7,410 bases of DNA from a virus (IMGVR_UViG_2600254985_000002:1-7410); one strand, 5' to 3'; positions 1-6,594 are shown, counted from the first letter of the stretch. Program-made: numbers and translations. The notes: a model not told the origin generated them from the sequence alone.

Positions 1-255
1 AAAGATGACGCTATAAGAGAAAAATTAAATAACGAACAACCCAAAACAACGGATGAAATAGAAAAACTTCGTCTTAAACAAGAACAAGTTTCTAAAAATA
101 TTATTAGAACTCAATCATTAGAAGAAGCGATTGTAACAGCTAATGAAATCGAACGCAAACTTAAAGAATGTGATTTAAAAAGCATGACAGACGAAGAAGC
201 CTTGAAAGAAATTGCTGATTTAGCTAATGAAATTGATTTATCTTGGTTCAAATAA
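1..255 (+). CDS. 3' end of a hypothetical protein (5'-truncated by window edge)
   Basis: Frame 1 is open from base 1 to TAA at 253..255 (…ADLANEIDLSWFK*). Charged, helical-looking C-terminus. Absent from the ORF track because it has no start codon in the window. No recognisable motif. Confidence 0.45.
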   Translation, partial: KDDAIREKLNNEQPKTTDEIEKLRLKQEQVSKNIIRTQSLEEAIVTANEIERKLKECDLKSMTDEEALKEIADLANEIDLSWFK

Positions 256-319
256 TATCTAAACGATTAAATCAAGATAGTATAAACAAATTCATAAAAG
301 AAAAAAATGGAATTAAGTA

Positions 320-348
320 TTGACAAATATAAAATAATTTGATATCAT
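320..348 (+). promoter_or_regulatory. sigma-A type promoter: TTGACA (320..325), 17-bp spacer, TGaTATCAT extended -10 (340..348)
   Basis: Read directly: consensus -35, 17-bp spacer, TG-extended -10, then GGAG RBS (361..364) and ATG at 371. Nearly identical to the promoter at 7045..7073. Confidence 0.6.
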
Positions 349-370
349 GATATAAGAAAAGGAGAAATAA

Positions 371-592
371 ATGAAAATTTACTATGTGGCACTAACAACT
401 GATAAAGACACAGTGGCTAAAAATTATAGCGGAAAACGATTATCTCTTTATACAAAAAAACACGAAGCTATTAAGACTTGTGTTTTATTAAATTATCAAT
501 GGGAGCTATTTTTCGGAAATGGAGCAAAAGAAGAAAAACCGTTCAAAGTTTATTGCGTAGAATCAGAGCCAATGGAGGTAACTAGTGACTAA
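371..592 (+). CDS. hypothetical small protein (73 aa)
   Basis: ATG start with GGAG RBS 7 nt upstream, immediately downstream of a consensus promoter. No recognisable motif. Confidence 0.6.
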   Translation: MKIYYVALTTDKDTVAKNYSGKRLSLYTKKHEAIKTCVLLNYQWELFFGNGAKEEKPFKVYCVESEPMEVTSD

Positions 593-660
593 ATTGAGAA
601 AAAACCAGGTGGCATTAGTCGTAGGATTAAAAAAAGATTATAAATTGAGAGGCATGAAAA

Positions 661-1554
661 TTGAATTTATTTGATAAAGTACAGACAGCTAAGCACTTAA
701 AAGAGCGTGAAGACTTAATAAATTTAAAAGATGACTGGCTTATTGATACGTTAATGCCAAGTTCACAAGCTGGAATACTTGTAGCTCCATTTAAGTCATT
801 TAAAAGCTCTCTAGCAATGCACATGGCTTTAATGGTATCGCAAGGGTTACCTTTTTTTGGTTATGATACAAAGCGAAGCAAGACACTATACATAGACAAT
901 GAAGATACTGACAGAGAGTTAAACAAAAGGCTTAGAAATAAAGATAATGCACCAGAAGACTTACATTTTTTGACAGGTGGAGAGTTTATGCTTGATGATT
1001 CGCACCACATGAACTTATTATATGAATACATTAAAGAAAATGATATAAAATTCGTGATCTTGGATAATTTAATGACAATGCTAAGAAATGGAGACATTAT
1101 CTACGGTAAAGACTTTGAACCAATGCTTAGGAGAATTACACGCTTAAAGTTACTTTTCCAAGACGTTACTTTCTTGTTAGTAGCTCATGCAAACAAATCA
1201 GCTTATGCAAACTCAATGGACGATAAAGCATATATGGTAAAGCCTAGTGACGCCTTGGGTGGTTCTACTCTAACAGCATGGGCAGAATTTATGTTAATGT
1301 TAAGCCCTAAACGTGGCAAGCATAACGACTTCTCTAAGTTATCAGTCAAAGCGCGTGGATATCAGTTTGACGATGATTTAAACTTTTCATACGTTGATTC
1401 AGTATTCACTTGCGTCAATAAATCAAAAAAAGAACCAGATAGCGAACTAGTGGAAAAAGTAAAGGCTGAAACTCCAATCGAAACGACGAAAGAATCGGCA
1501 CAGGCTTTCTTAGACTTAGCTAAAGAGAAAGGAAAAGTAACAGAAAATGAGTGA
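661..1554 (+). CDS. RecA-like P-loop NTPase (AAA_25 / DnaB-C-terminal-like); putative replication or recombination ATPase
   Basis: 297-aa ORF with TTG start and GAGAGG RBS (646..651). P-loop-like VAPFKSFKSS, Walker B-like KFVILDNL, and FLLVAHANK motif, in the spacing typical of RecA-fold helicase/recombinase cores. Family call is from motif layout by eye, not a search. Confidence 0.6.
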   Translation: MNLFDKVQTAKHLKEREDLINLKDDWLIDTLMPSSQAGILVAPFKSFKSSLAMHMALMVSQGLPFFGYDTKRSKTLYIDNEDTDRELNKRLRNKDNAPEDLHFLTGGEFMLDDSHHMNLLYEYIKENDIKFVILDNLMTMLRNGDIIYGKDFEPMLRRITRLKLLFQDVTFLLVAHANKSAYANSMDDKAYMVKPSDALGGSTLTAWAEFMLMLSPKRGKHNDFSKLSVKARGYQFDDDLNFSYVDSVFTCVNKSKKEPDSELVEKVKAETPIETTKESAQAFLDLAKEKGKVTENE

Positions 1555-1741
1555 TAAAAAATACGTTGTTTATTACCATGAAAAAGTAAATGAATACTTC
1601 TATGACTATTATTCAAGGTTTAACATGAATGAACAATATTCAAAACCTGTTTTATACAGTGATGACTTTAAATTAATAGAGAGAGCAAAAAATGAACTCA
1701 ATGAACGACTACAAGAACAAAGCTATTATTTTACACGCTGA
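1547..1741 (+). CDS. hypothetical small protein (64 aa)
   Basis: ATG overlaps the stop of the upstream gene (ATGAGTGA). Tyr-rich sequence, weak RBS. Shares 50 nt with the next ORF. Confidence 0.4.
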   Translation: MSDKKYVVYYHEKVNEYFYDYYSRFNMNEQYSKPVLYSDDFKLIERAKNELNERLQEQSYYFTR

Positions 1742-1958
1742 AGTGTACGGTTGGTTATATCGTGCATTAGATGAAATGGTAAAAGCAGAATGGCATAATG
1801 ACGAACTTTTCAAAGTATGGCTTGGACGTGCTGAATTTCTAGTCAGACAGTCGAAAAAATTGCATGCAGCTTGCGAAAATGATTATTCTAAGCGTGCATT
1901 GATTAGGGCATTACAATTAAAAGTAGAAATAAATAAAAAAATATCATCTAATATTTGA
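1692..1958 (+). CDS. hypothetical protein (88 aa; start may be the ATG at 1701)
   Basis: ORF with GAGAG-like RBS; protein-like composition (…AEVYGWLYRALDEMVKAEW…). Its stop TGA (1956..1958) sits inside the -35 of the next promoter. Confidence 0.5.
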   Translation: MNSMNDYKNKAIILHAEVYGWLYRALDEMVKAEWHNDELFKVWLGRAEFLVRQSKKLHAACENDYSKRALIRALQLKVEINKKISSNI

Positions 1959-1983
1959 CAACGATAATTAATTTTGGTATAAT
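1955..1983 (+). promoter_or_regulatory. sigma-A type promoter: TTGACA (1955..1960), 17 bp, TGgTATAAT (1975..1983)
   Basis: Perfect consensus -35 and -10 with TG extension, followed by a TATAGAAA element and AAGGAGAA RBS before ATG 2015. Confidence 0.65.
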
Positions 1984-2014
1984 AGTATATATAGAAATAA
2001 AGGAGAACTAACAA

Positions 2015-2401
2015 ATGGTAGTCAAATTAACGCAAAAACAAGCTGATTATCTTGAAACTTTTGGAAACCTTGAAGATGAAATAAACAAAAAACGAGCGCT
2101 TTGTCACATCACTCGTTTTGGTTATGGATACAATTGGATAGGCGGCGATAAATGTCCAAGTAGTGCTTTTGAGTGTTACGAGCAATTGAAAATGGTTGAA
2201 GCTGTCATTAACGGTTATGAAGTTATTGAACCTAAATTTAAGTTTTATAACTTTTCTGATAGTAGCGGAGGAACTGCATTATATTATGCTGGACAGTCTA
2301 AACAATTAACAAAATTCGAGCAAGATGCTCTTGAAGTTAAAGAGGGGAGCGAGGAATATAAAGCTTTGTTAGCTTTAGGTTTCGTTGAAGAAGAAGTATG
2401 A
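2015..2401 (+). CDS. hypothetical protein (128 aa)
   Basis: ATG with strong RBS downstream of a consensus promoter; acidic C-terminus. Stop overlaps the next start (ATGA at 2398..2401). Confidence 0.7.
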   Translation: MVVKLTQKQADYLETFGNLEDEINKKRALCHITRFGYGYNWIGGDKCPSSAFECYEQLKMVEAVINGYEVIEPKFKFYNFSDSSGGTALYYAGQSKQLTKFEQDALEVKEGSEEYKALLALGFVEEEV

Positions 2402-2685
2402 TAACATCTTTTGAATCACTAGCTGAAAGACGATCGATAACTCTTAATTATCACAAAAAGGATAGTCAGCAGTACATCAACAGCTTAAATTACTTTGAAT
2501 ATGCTAGAATGTACTTTGAAAAAAATGGCTTTCCTGATGATAACAGACGAGTTTATCAAAGTGGCAAGCGAAAAGGCCAAAAAGTTAGTTGGTCTGATAA
2601 AGAGGAAAAACAGCAGAAAGACGATATTAGAAAGTTCATATATGAAAAGCAACTACAAAAGTTTAAGGGCAGAAGAAAAAGCTAG
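2398..2685 (+). CDS. hypothetical protein (95 aa)
   Basis: ATGA coupling to the upstream gene supports the start. C-terminal half is Lys/Arg-rich and low-complexity, and it overlaps ORF 2495..2908 in another frame. Confidence 0.45.
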   Translation: MITSFESLAERRSITLNYHKKDSQQYINSLNYFEYARMYFEKNGFPDDNRRVYQSGKRKGQKVSWSDKEEKQQKDDIRKFIYEKQLQKFKGRRKS

Positions 2686-2908
2686 TAAACATTACGCTAG
2701 AGGTGTCAGAAAGCTATCTAAAGAGCTTGAGGAAATGAACGAAACAAAGTATAGGGCAGAGCCTAACGAGTGCTTATATGGCTTGATAAGCGAATTATGG
2801 AGCTATTGGGGTAAAGGTTGGATCCTGCCTATGCTTAAATATAATATTGAAATTACAAGACAAGGCGACGTCTTCATTGTAGAAAGAGGAGTAAATGGAA
2901 ACAATTAA
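2495..2908 (+). CDS. hypothetical protein (true start uncertain: TTG 2495, ATG 2642 or ATG 2735)
   Basis: The 3' part (…ECLYGLISELWSYWGKGWILPMLKYNIEITRQGDVFIVERG…) looks protein-like and its end is coupled to the next gene (ATG 2895 inside the last codons). The 5' part overlaps 2398..2685 by up to 190 nt. Confidence 0.4.
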   Translation: MNMLECTLKKMAFLMITDEFIKVASEKAKKLVGLIKRKNSRKTILESSYMKSNYKSLRAEEKASKHYARGVRKLSKELEEMNETKYRAEPNECLYGLISELWSYWGKGWILPMLKYNIEITRQGDVFIVERGVNGNN

Positions 2909-3191
2909 TATTAAATTTGATGAAAAACAGCTAGAAGAAGTTGTGAAAAAAGTTACTGAAAAACTTAAAAAAGAGAAAGATTCAGATACAGCAAAGGAAA
3001 AAGTGTCAGTAATGTATTTAGAATTTAATGAAGCAAATCATGCAAGCGAGAAAGGTAAACTTTACTTTGGGCATGCTTTTCACACTTTGTCAAAAAAGTA
3101 TGCTTCGGAGTTTTATTTATCTAGTGAATCTGATTTGACAAAAGCCTCAGAGCTTAAAAGCCAAGGTTGGAGAGAAGAGGTTATCGAATGA
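2895..3191 (+). CDS. hypothetical protein (98 aa)
   Basis: ATG with GAGGAG RBS (about 2884..2889). Stop TGA (3189..3191) overlaps the next ATG (3188). No recognisable motif. Confidence 0.6.
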   Translation: METINIKFDEKQLEEVVKKVTEKLKKEKDSDTAKEKVSVMYLEFNEANHASEKGKLYFGHAFHTLSKKYASEFYLSSESDLTKASELKSQGWREEVIE

Positions 3192-3754
3192 GTGTATTTG
3201 AAGAACTAAGCGTTATTAATGTAAATGATAAGAAAAGCAAAAAGAATAATTTAGATTATCTTAGTTGGGCATATGCATGGTCTGAAGTTAAAAAAGTATA
3301 TCCTGAAGCTAACAGTAAAGTTTATGAAAATGAACAAGGGTTAAATTATCACACAGACGGTCGCACAGCATGGGTTAAGGTTGGTATGACTATTGAGGGC
3401 TTGGAGCACATTGAATACTTGCCTGTAATGGACTATCGTAACCAATCTATCCCAGTTGAAAAACTGACTTCTATGGACGTAAATAAAGCCATTCAGCGTG
3501 GACTAGTTAAGGCAATTGCTCGTCATGGTTTAGGGCTATATATTTATGCAAATGAAGATTTACCAGTTCTAACAGAAGAACAAAAAGAGCTTGAAGCAGA
3601 AAAACAACGACTTAGAGAGATTCAGCCACTTATAAAACGAGCTGAACAACTAGGATACCAAAATATTGACAGCTTGAAAAATAAGACTAAAAAAGAAATT
3701 ACCGACATCATGAAGATTTGGTTAGCACAGCAAGAAACAGAAAAAGGGGAATAA
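3188..3754 (+). CDS. putative phage single-strand annealing / recombination protein (Sak3/DUF1071-like)
   Basis: Track ORF begins at 3167, but ATG 3188 has RBS GGAGAGAAGAGG and an ATGA overlap with the upstream stop. Motifs LDYLSWAYAWSEV and AIARHGLGLYIYANEDLP recalled as typical of this SSAP family; position immediately upstream of an SSB-like gene is the classic sak-ssb arrangement. Family assignment is from memory. Confidence 0.5.
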   Translation: MSVFEELSVINVNDKKSKKNNLDYLSWAYAWSEVKKVYPEANSKVYENEQGLNYHTDGRTAWVKVGMTIEGLEHIEYLPVMDYRNQSIPVEKLTSMDVNKAIQRGLVKAIARHGLGLYIYANEDLPVLTEEQKELEAEKQRLREIQPLIKRAEQLGYQNIDSLKNKTKKEITDIMKIWLAQQETEKGE

Positions 3755-3758
3755 TTAA

Positions 3759-4118
3759 ATGGCAATCATCACAGTAACAGCACAAGCGAATGAAAAAAAT
3801 ACACGTACAGTAAGTACAGCAAAAGGCGATAAGAAAATTATTTCAGTCCCATTATTTGAAAAAGAAAAGGGATCTAACGTAAAAGTTGCGTACGGTTCGG
3901 CTTTCTTGCCTGATTTCATTCAATTAGGTGACACAGTAACGGTCAGCGGTCGTGTACAAGCCAAGGAATCAGGAGAATACGTAAATTATAACTTTGTTTT
4001 CCCTACGGTTGAAAAAGTATTTATCACTGATGATAATAGTAGTCAATCACAAGCTAAACAAGACTTATTTGGTGGTTCTGAACCTGTTGAAGTTGATGAA
4101 TCAGAACTTCCTTTCTAG
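3759..4118 (+). CDS. ssb: single-stranded DNA-binding protein (phage SSB-like)
   Basis: 119 aa with strong RBS (AAAGGGGA). Gly/Gln-rich flexible region followed by acidic tail ending DESELPF, matching the SSB C-terminal acidic-tip pattern (D-D-D-I-P-F type). Sits directly after the putative annealing protein. Confidence 0.55.
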   Translation: MAIITVTAQANEKNTRTVSTAKGDKKIISVPLFEKEKGSNVKVAYGSAFLPDFIQLGDTVTVSGRVQAKESGEYVNYNFVFPTVEKVFITDDNSSQSQAKQDLFGGSEPVEVDESELPF

Positions 4119-4130
4119 AAAGGTGGTTAC

Positions 4131-4346
4131 ATGTACACAGAAGAAGAGAGAGAGCAAATTATCGACATCGTGGATAAAATGAGCTTATTAAGACAAGACT
4201 TTGACGGAGCTTTCGCTTGGATCAAGGAAAACGTATCAATGCCATTTGACTTTGACGGAGAACAGCAATTTATATCAGAATTGAAGCAGTTAGTTAAAAT
4301 TAACGCTTTAAAGTTTGGTAAAATATATGAGGGAGTATTAAATTGA
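4131..4346 (+). CDS. hypothetical acidic small protein (71 aa)
   Basis: ATG with AAGGTGG RBS. Stop overlaps the next start. Confidence 0.6.
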   Translation: MYTEEEREQIIDIVDKMSLLRQDFDGAFAWIKENVSMPFDFDGEQQFISELKQLVKINALKFGKIYEGVLN

Positions 4347-4852
4347 CAACATTAAGAGAGCTACACAAAAAACTTAAAATTAAACAAACGCTTGACAACT
4401 ATGTACGCAACACAAATAAAAAATATAAACATAACTTTGTGGCTGATGAAATTCTTGGCGAGGGAATGGCTAAACTGATCGAGCTTAATACACAAGGCAA
4501 ACTTGGACGACATGCACAGCAAATTGCTTATATTAACCATAATTTGAGCTTACAGCGACAAAAGGAACAACTGGAACAAGTTAACGAACGACTTGCTAAA
4601 CGTGCTGAGAAAGCCCAAAAATTGCTTGACACGGAACTTCTGAAAGATAGCTACATCGAAACGCTTGAAATGTTTAGTAAATACCATTCAGCAAAATATA
4701 ATATGTGGGACGAACCAGAAACTCCAACTAAAGTGATTGAGTTCATGGAAAAGAATGGAGTTAAACAAGGTAAATGGCTACGTCCTGAAGGAGTTGACGC
4801 TTGGTTCAAAGAACGAATCATTTGGTTCAAGAATAAATTGAAAGAACAATAA
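4343..4852 (+). CDS. hypothetical protein (169 aa)
   Basis: TTG start with GAGGGAG RBS (4329..4335), overlapping the upstream stop. Protein-like composition with a predicted helical, charged middle region. No diagnostic motif. Confidence 0.6.
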   Translation: MTTLRELHKKLKIKQTLDNYVRNTNKKYKHNFVADEILGEGMAKLIELNTQGKLGRHAQQIAYINHNLSLQRQKEQLEQVNERLAKRAEKAQKLLDTELLKDSYIETLEMFSKYHSAKYNMWDEPETPTKVIEFMEKNGVKQGKWLRPEGVDAWFKERIIWFKNKLKEQ

Positions 4853-4875
4853 TATTAAGAATAAAAACTTTAGGC

Positions 4876-4904
4876 TTGACAGCTTAGAGCTTTTTTGATA
4901 TAAT
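4876..4904 (+). promoter_or_regulatory. sigma-A type promoter: TTGACA (4876..4881), 17 bp, TGaTATAAT (4896..4904)
   Basis: Perfect consensus hexamers with TG extension, then a TATAG element and AAAGGAGG RBS before ATG 4937. Confidence 0.65.
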
Positions 4905-4936
4905 AATACATATAGTTAAAGAAAGGAGGTAATAAA

Positions 4937-5251
4937 ATGATTTTAATACAATGCGTAACCTGTGGGTCTTCAAGTTTCACTAATGGTAAATGTGATTATT
5001 GCGGTAACAAGTACGAAGTAAATGAAGACAAAATATTTTACGGCAATTCGAAAGAAGATGATTCATCATTAGATGAGGATATAACCTTTCAAGAAACTCC
5101 TGCTGGTAAATTAATACTAAAAATCATGATCTATACTTTAATATCTATTGTTTGGTTTGCGATAACTGTATTCATTCCACCGCTATTTATAATAACAATT
5201 ATTTTATTAGTAGTCTATGGGACTTATCGCTTGATAAATAAAAAGAAATAG
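4937..5251 (+). CDS. zinc-ribbon membrane protein (N-terminal CxxC…CxxC, two predicted TM helices)
   Basis: Translation has C-V-T-C … C-D-Y-C near the N-terminus, an acidic linker, two hydrophobic stretches (LILKIMIYTLISIVWFAITVF; PPLFIITIILLVVYGTY), then basic RLINKKK. Own consensus promoter and strong RBS. Confidence 0.7.
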   Translation: MILIQCVTCGSSSFTNGKCDYCGNKYEVNEDKIFYGNSKEDDSSLDEDITFQETPAGKLILKIMIYTLISIVWFAITVFIPPLFIITIILLVVYGTYRLINKKK

Positions 5252-5259
5252 CTTATAAT
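5231..5259 (+). promoter_or_regulatory. sigma-A type promoter: TTGATA (5231..5236), 17 bp, TATAAT (5254..5259)
   Basis: The -35 lies in the last codons of the upstream gene and the -10 just after its stop. Followed by TATAGAATAAA and AGAAAGG RBS before ATG 5289. Confidence 0.55.
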
Positions 5260-5288
5260 AAGGTATAGAATAAACTAGAAAGGTAACA

Positions 5289-5537
5289 ATGAAACAAAAA
5301 TACTTTAATGACAAAAGATATTGCCACTGCTTCGATATACCAATGAGTAATGGTTTAGGAGTTTGCAAAGATTGTAGAGGATACGTGAACATCTGTTATA
5401 GTTGCGATCGCTGTCTACACTGCTGGTTTACATCACAGGTTGAACTATTTACCGAATATGATGAACCTAAGTTGCTGGAACTTATAGAAAACTGGAATAA
5501 ATTTTACCAAACTAGAAAGACAATAAATAATGCTTAG
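5289..5537 (+). CDS. Cys-rich putative zinc-binding small protein (82 aa)
   Basis: Cys/His pattern C-H-C … CKDC … CYSC-x2-C-x-H-C within about 35 residues. Stop overlaps the methyltransferase start (ATGCTTAG). Confidence 0.6.
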   Translation: MKQKYFNDKRYCHCFDIPMSNGLGVCKDCRGYVNICYSCDRCLHCWFTSQVELFTEYDEPKLLELIENWNKFYQTRKTINNA

Positions 5538-6417
5538 TTTAGACGAGAAGAAAATCAGAAAAGGTAAACCTATTGGATTACCATACCAAGGAAGCAAGAA
5601 AAAGATAAGCAAGAAAATAGTTGAGATTATCAAACAGAACTTTGGCACAGACAAGCCGATATACGACATCTTCGGAGGAGGCGGAGCAATTACATCCGAA
5701 TGTATTTTAAATGGCTTAGAAGTATATTATAACGACTTAGACAAGGATATAACCAACGCTTTTGAACGAGTTATCTCTCAAGACCGTGAGTGGATTAAAA
5801 GCCTTATTGTTTCACGTACAGAGTTTACCGAGATTAAGGAGAAAGAAAACAAGACAACAGATGACTTTTTGAAGTTGCTGATTAACTCTTTCGGTAATAA
5901 AAAGAGAGATTATTTATATTCTAAAGAAATTTCAGATTTAAAATATAATCTAGCTAAAGAAATAATTGAAAAGCATGACGTTTTTAGTGGTTATAAACAG
6001 ACCAAAACATATAAGAGATCGATTGAAAAGTACAAACAACTTCAACAACTTCAACGACTTCAACAACTTGAACGACTTGAACAACTTCAACGAATTCAAC
6101 AACTTCAAAAATTAAATAAAATAAAAGCTACAAGCAAAAGTTATCATGCTTTTAGTGATGTTTCTGGAGCTATTCTATATCTTGACCCCCCTTATGAAGG
6201 AAGTCACCAAAAAGGTTATATTAATCAATTCGATAGTCAAGAGTTTTATGACTGGGCATTTGTAATGGCTAAAAATAACATCGTGATAATTTCAAGTTAT
6301 TCAATTTCAGATGAACGCTTTGAAGCTGTATATTCTTTTGACAAAGCGCGCAGCACTCTCCAAAGTGGAAGAAGCAAAAAAGAAAATGAGAAATTATTTA
6401 TGGTTAAAAACAGTTAA
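5530..6417 (+). CDS. N6-adenine DNA methyltransferase, D12/Dam-like (alpha-class motif order)
   Basis: N-terminal G-S-K-K-K-I region, FGGGGA AdoMet-binding motif (5671..5688), NDLDKDI block, and catalytic DPPY (6184..6195) in the order motif I … DPPY. Well-established family hallmarks. Confidence 0.85.
   Translation: MLSLDEKKIRKGKPIGLPYQGSKKKISKKIVEIIKQNFGTDKPIYDIFGGGGAITSECILNGLEVYYNDLDKDITNAFERVISQDREWIKSLIVSRTEFTEIKEKENKTTDDFLKLLINSFGNKKRDYLYSKEISDLKYNLAKEIIEKHDVFSGYKQTKTYKRSIEKYKQLQQLQRLQQLERLEQLQRIQQLQKLNKIKATSKSYHAFSDVSGAILYLDPPYEGSHQKGYINQFDSQEFYDWAFVMAKNNIVIISSYSISDERFEAVYSFDKARSTLQSGRSKKENEKLFMVKNS
6034..6114 (+). repeat. imperfect 9-bp tandem repeat (consensus CAACAACTT, about 9 units) inside the methyltransferase ORF
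   Basis: Units in order: aaacaactt, caacaactt, caacgactt, caacaactt, gaacgactt, gaacaactt, caacgaatt, caacaactt, caaaaatta. In frame, encoding KQL-QQL-QRL-QQL-ERL-EQL-QRI-QQL-QKL. Confidence 0.85.
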
Positions 6418-6420
6418 TAT

Positions 6421-6449
6421 TTGATAAAGTAAAAGCAATTTGATAGAAT
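6421..6449 (+). promoter_or_regulatory. sigma-A type promoter: TTGATA (6421..6426), 17 bp, TGaTAGAAT (6441..6449)
   Basis: Near-consensus hexamers with TG extension, followed by AGAGGAG RBS and ATG 6475. Confidence 0.55.
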
Positions 6450-6474
6450 AGAGTTATAAATAGAGGAGAACAAA

Positions 6475-6594
6475 ATGAAAGATACAGTAAAAACTTTAAT
6501 GATGGTTGCAGGTGTCGGCCTTACACTTATCGCTATCACTTGGATAGGTATGCTTGCGACGTTGCTTATTGCATGGATTGGGGGTAACATCTAA
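6475..6594 (+). CDS. small hydrophobic peptide (39 aa, single predicted TM helix), not in the supplied ORF track
   Basis: ATG 6475 with AGGAG RBS 7 nt upstream and its own promoter. Translation MKDTVKTLMMVAGVGLTLIAITWIGMLATLLIAWIGGNI. Stop TAA (6592..6594) overlaps the next ATG (TAATG). Confidence 0.5.
   Translation: MKDTVKTLMMVAGVGLTLIAITWIGMLATLLIAWIGGNI

Noticed and set aside
627-824. Minus-strand ORF (65 aa) from the six-frame track
   Set aside because: Lies entirely antisense to the start region of the well-supported + strand ATPase gene; no promoter or RBS seen on the minus strand; low-complexity translation typical of antisense frames in AT-rich DNA.
861-1097. Minus-strand ORF (78 aa)
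   Set aside because: Fully embedded antisense within the ATPase gene (661..1554); Ser/Leu-rich translation with no motif; likely spurious.
1362-1616. Minus-strand ORF (84 aa)
   Set aside because: Antisense to the 3' end of the ATPase gene and the start of the next + strand gene; no independent expression signals seen.
3167-3187. Upstream ATG (3167) given as the start of the annealing-protein ORF
   Set aside because: Falls inside the upstream gene and is not preceded by an RBS, whereas the in-frame ATG at 3188 has a GGAGAGAAGAGG RBS and an ATGA overlap with the upstream stop; 3188 is the preferred start.
3994-4182. + strand ORF (62 aa) overlapping the SSB-like gene in another frame
   Set aside because: Sits inside the 3' part of the SSB-like gene and across the next gene's start; no RBS; Lys/Leu-rich translation. 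The SSB frame has the acidic tail hallmark and better signals.
4881-4896. Small hairpin plus T-run (AGCT-tag-AGCT then TTTTT) as a candidate intrinsic terminator
   Set aside because: The stem is only 4 bp and AT-poor in stability, and it sits inside the spacer of the promoter at 4876..4904. A similar weak AAGTT…AACTT plus T-run occurs near 6912..6942. Neither meets the criteria for a confident rho-independent terminator.
5207-5392. Minus-strand ORF (61 aa)
   Set aside because: Overlaps the promoter and start of the + strand Cys-rich gene and the end of the membrane protein gene; the + strand features have clear signals and this one has none.
5445-5669. Minus-strand ORF (74 aa)
   Set aside because: Antisense to the junction of the Cys-rich gene and the methyltransferase; hydrophobic, low-complexity translation; likely an AT-rich antisense artefact.
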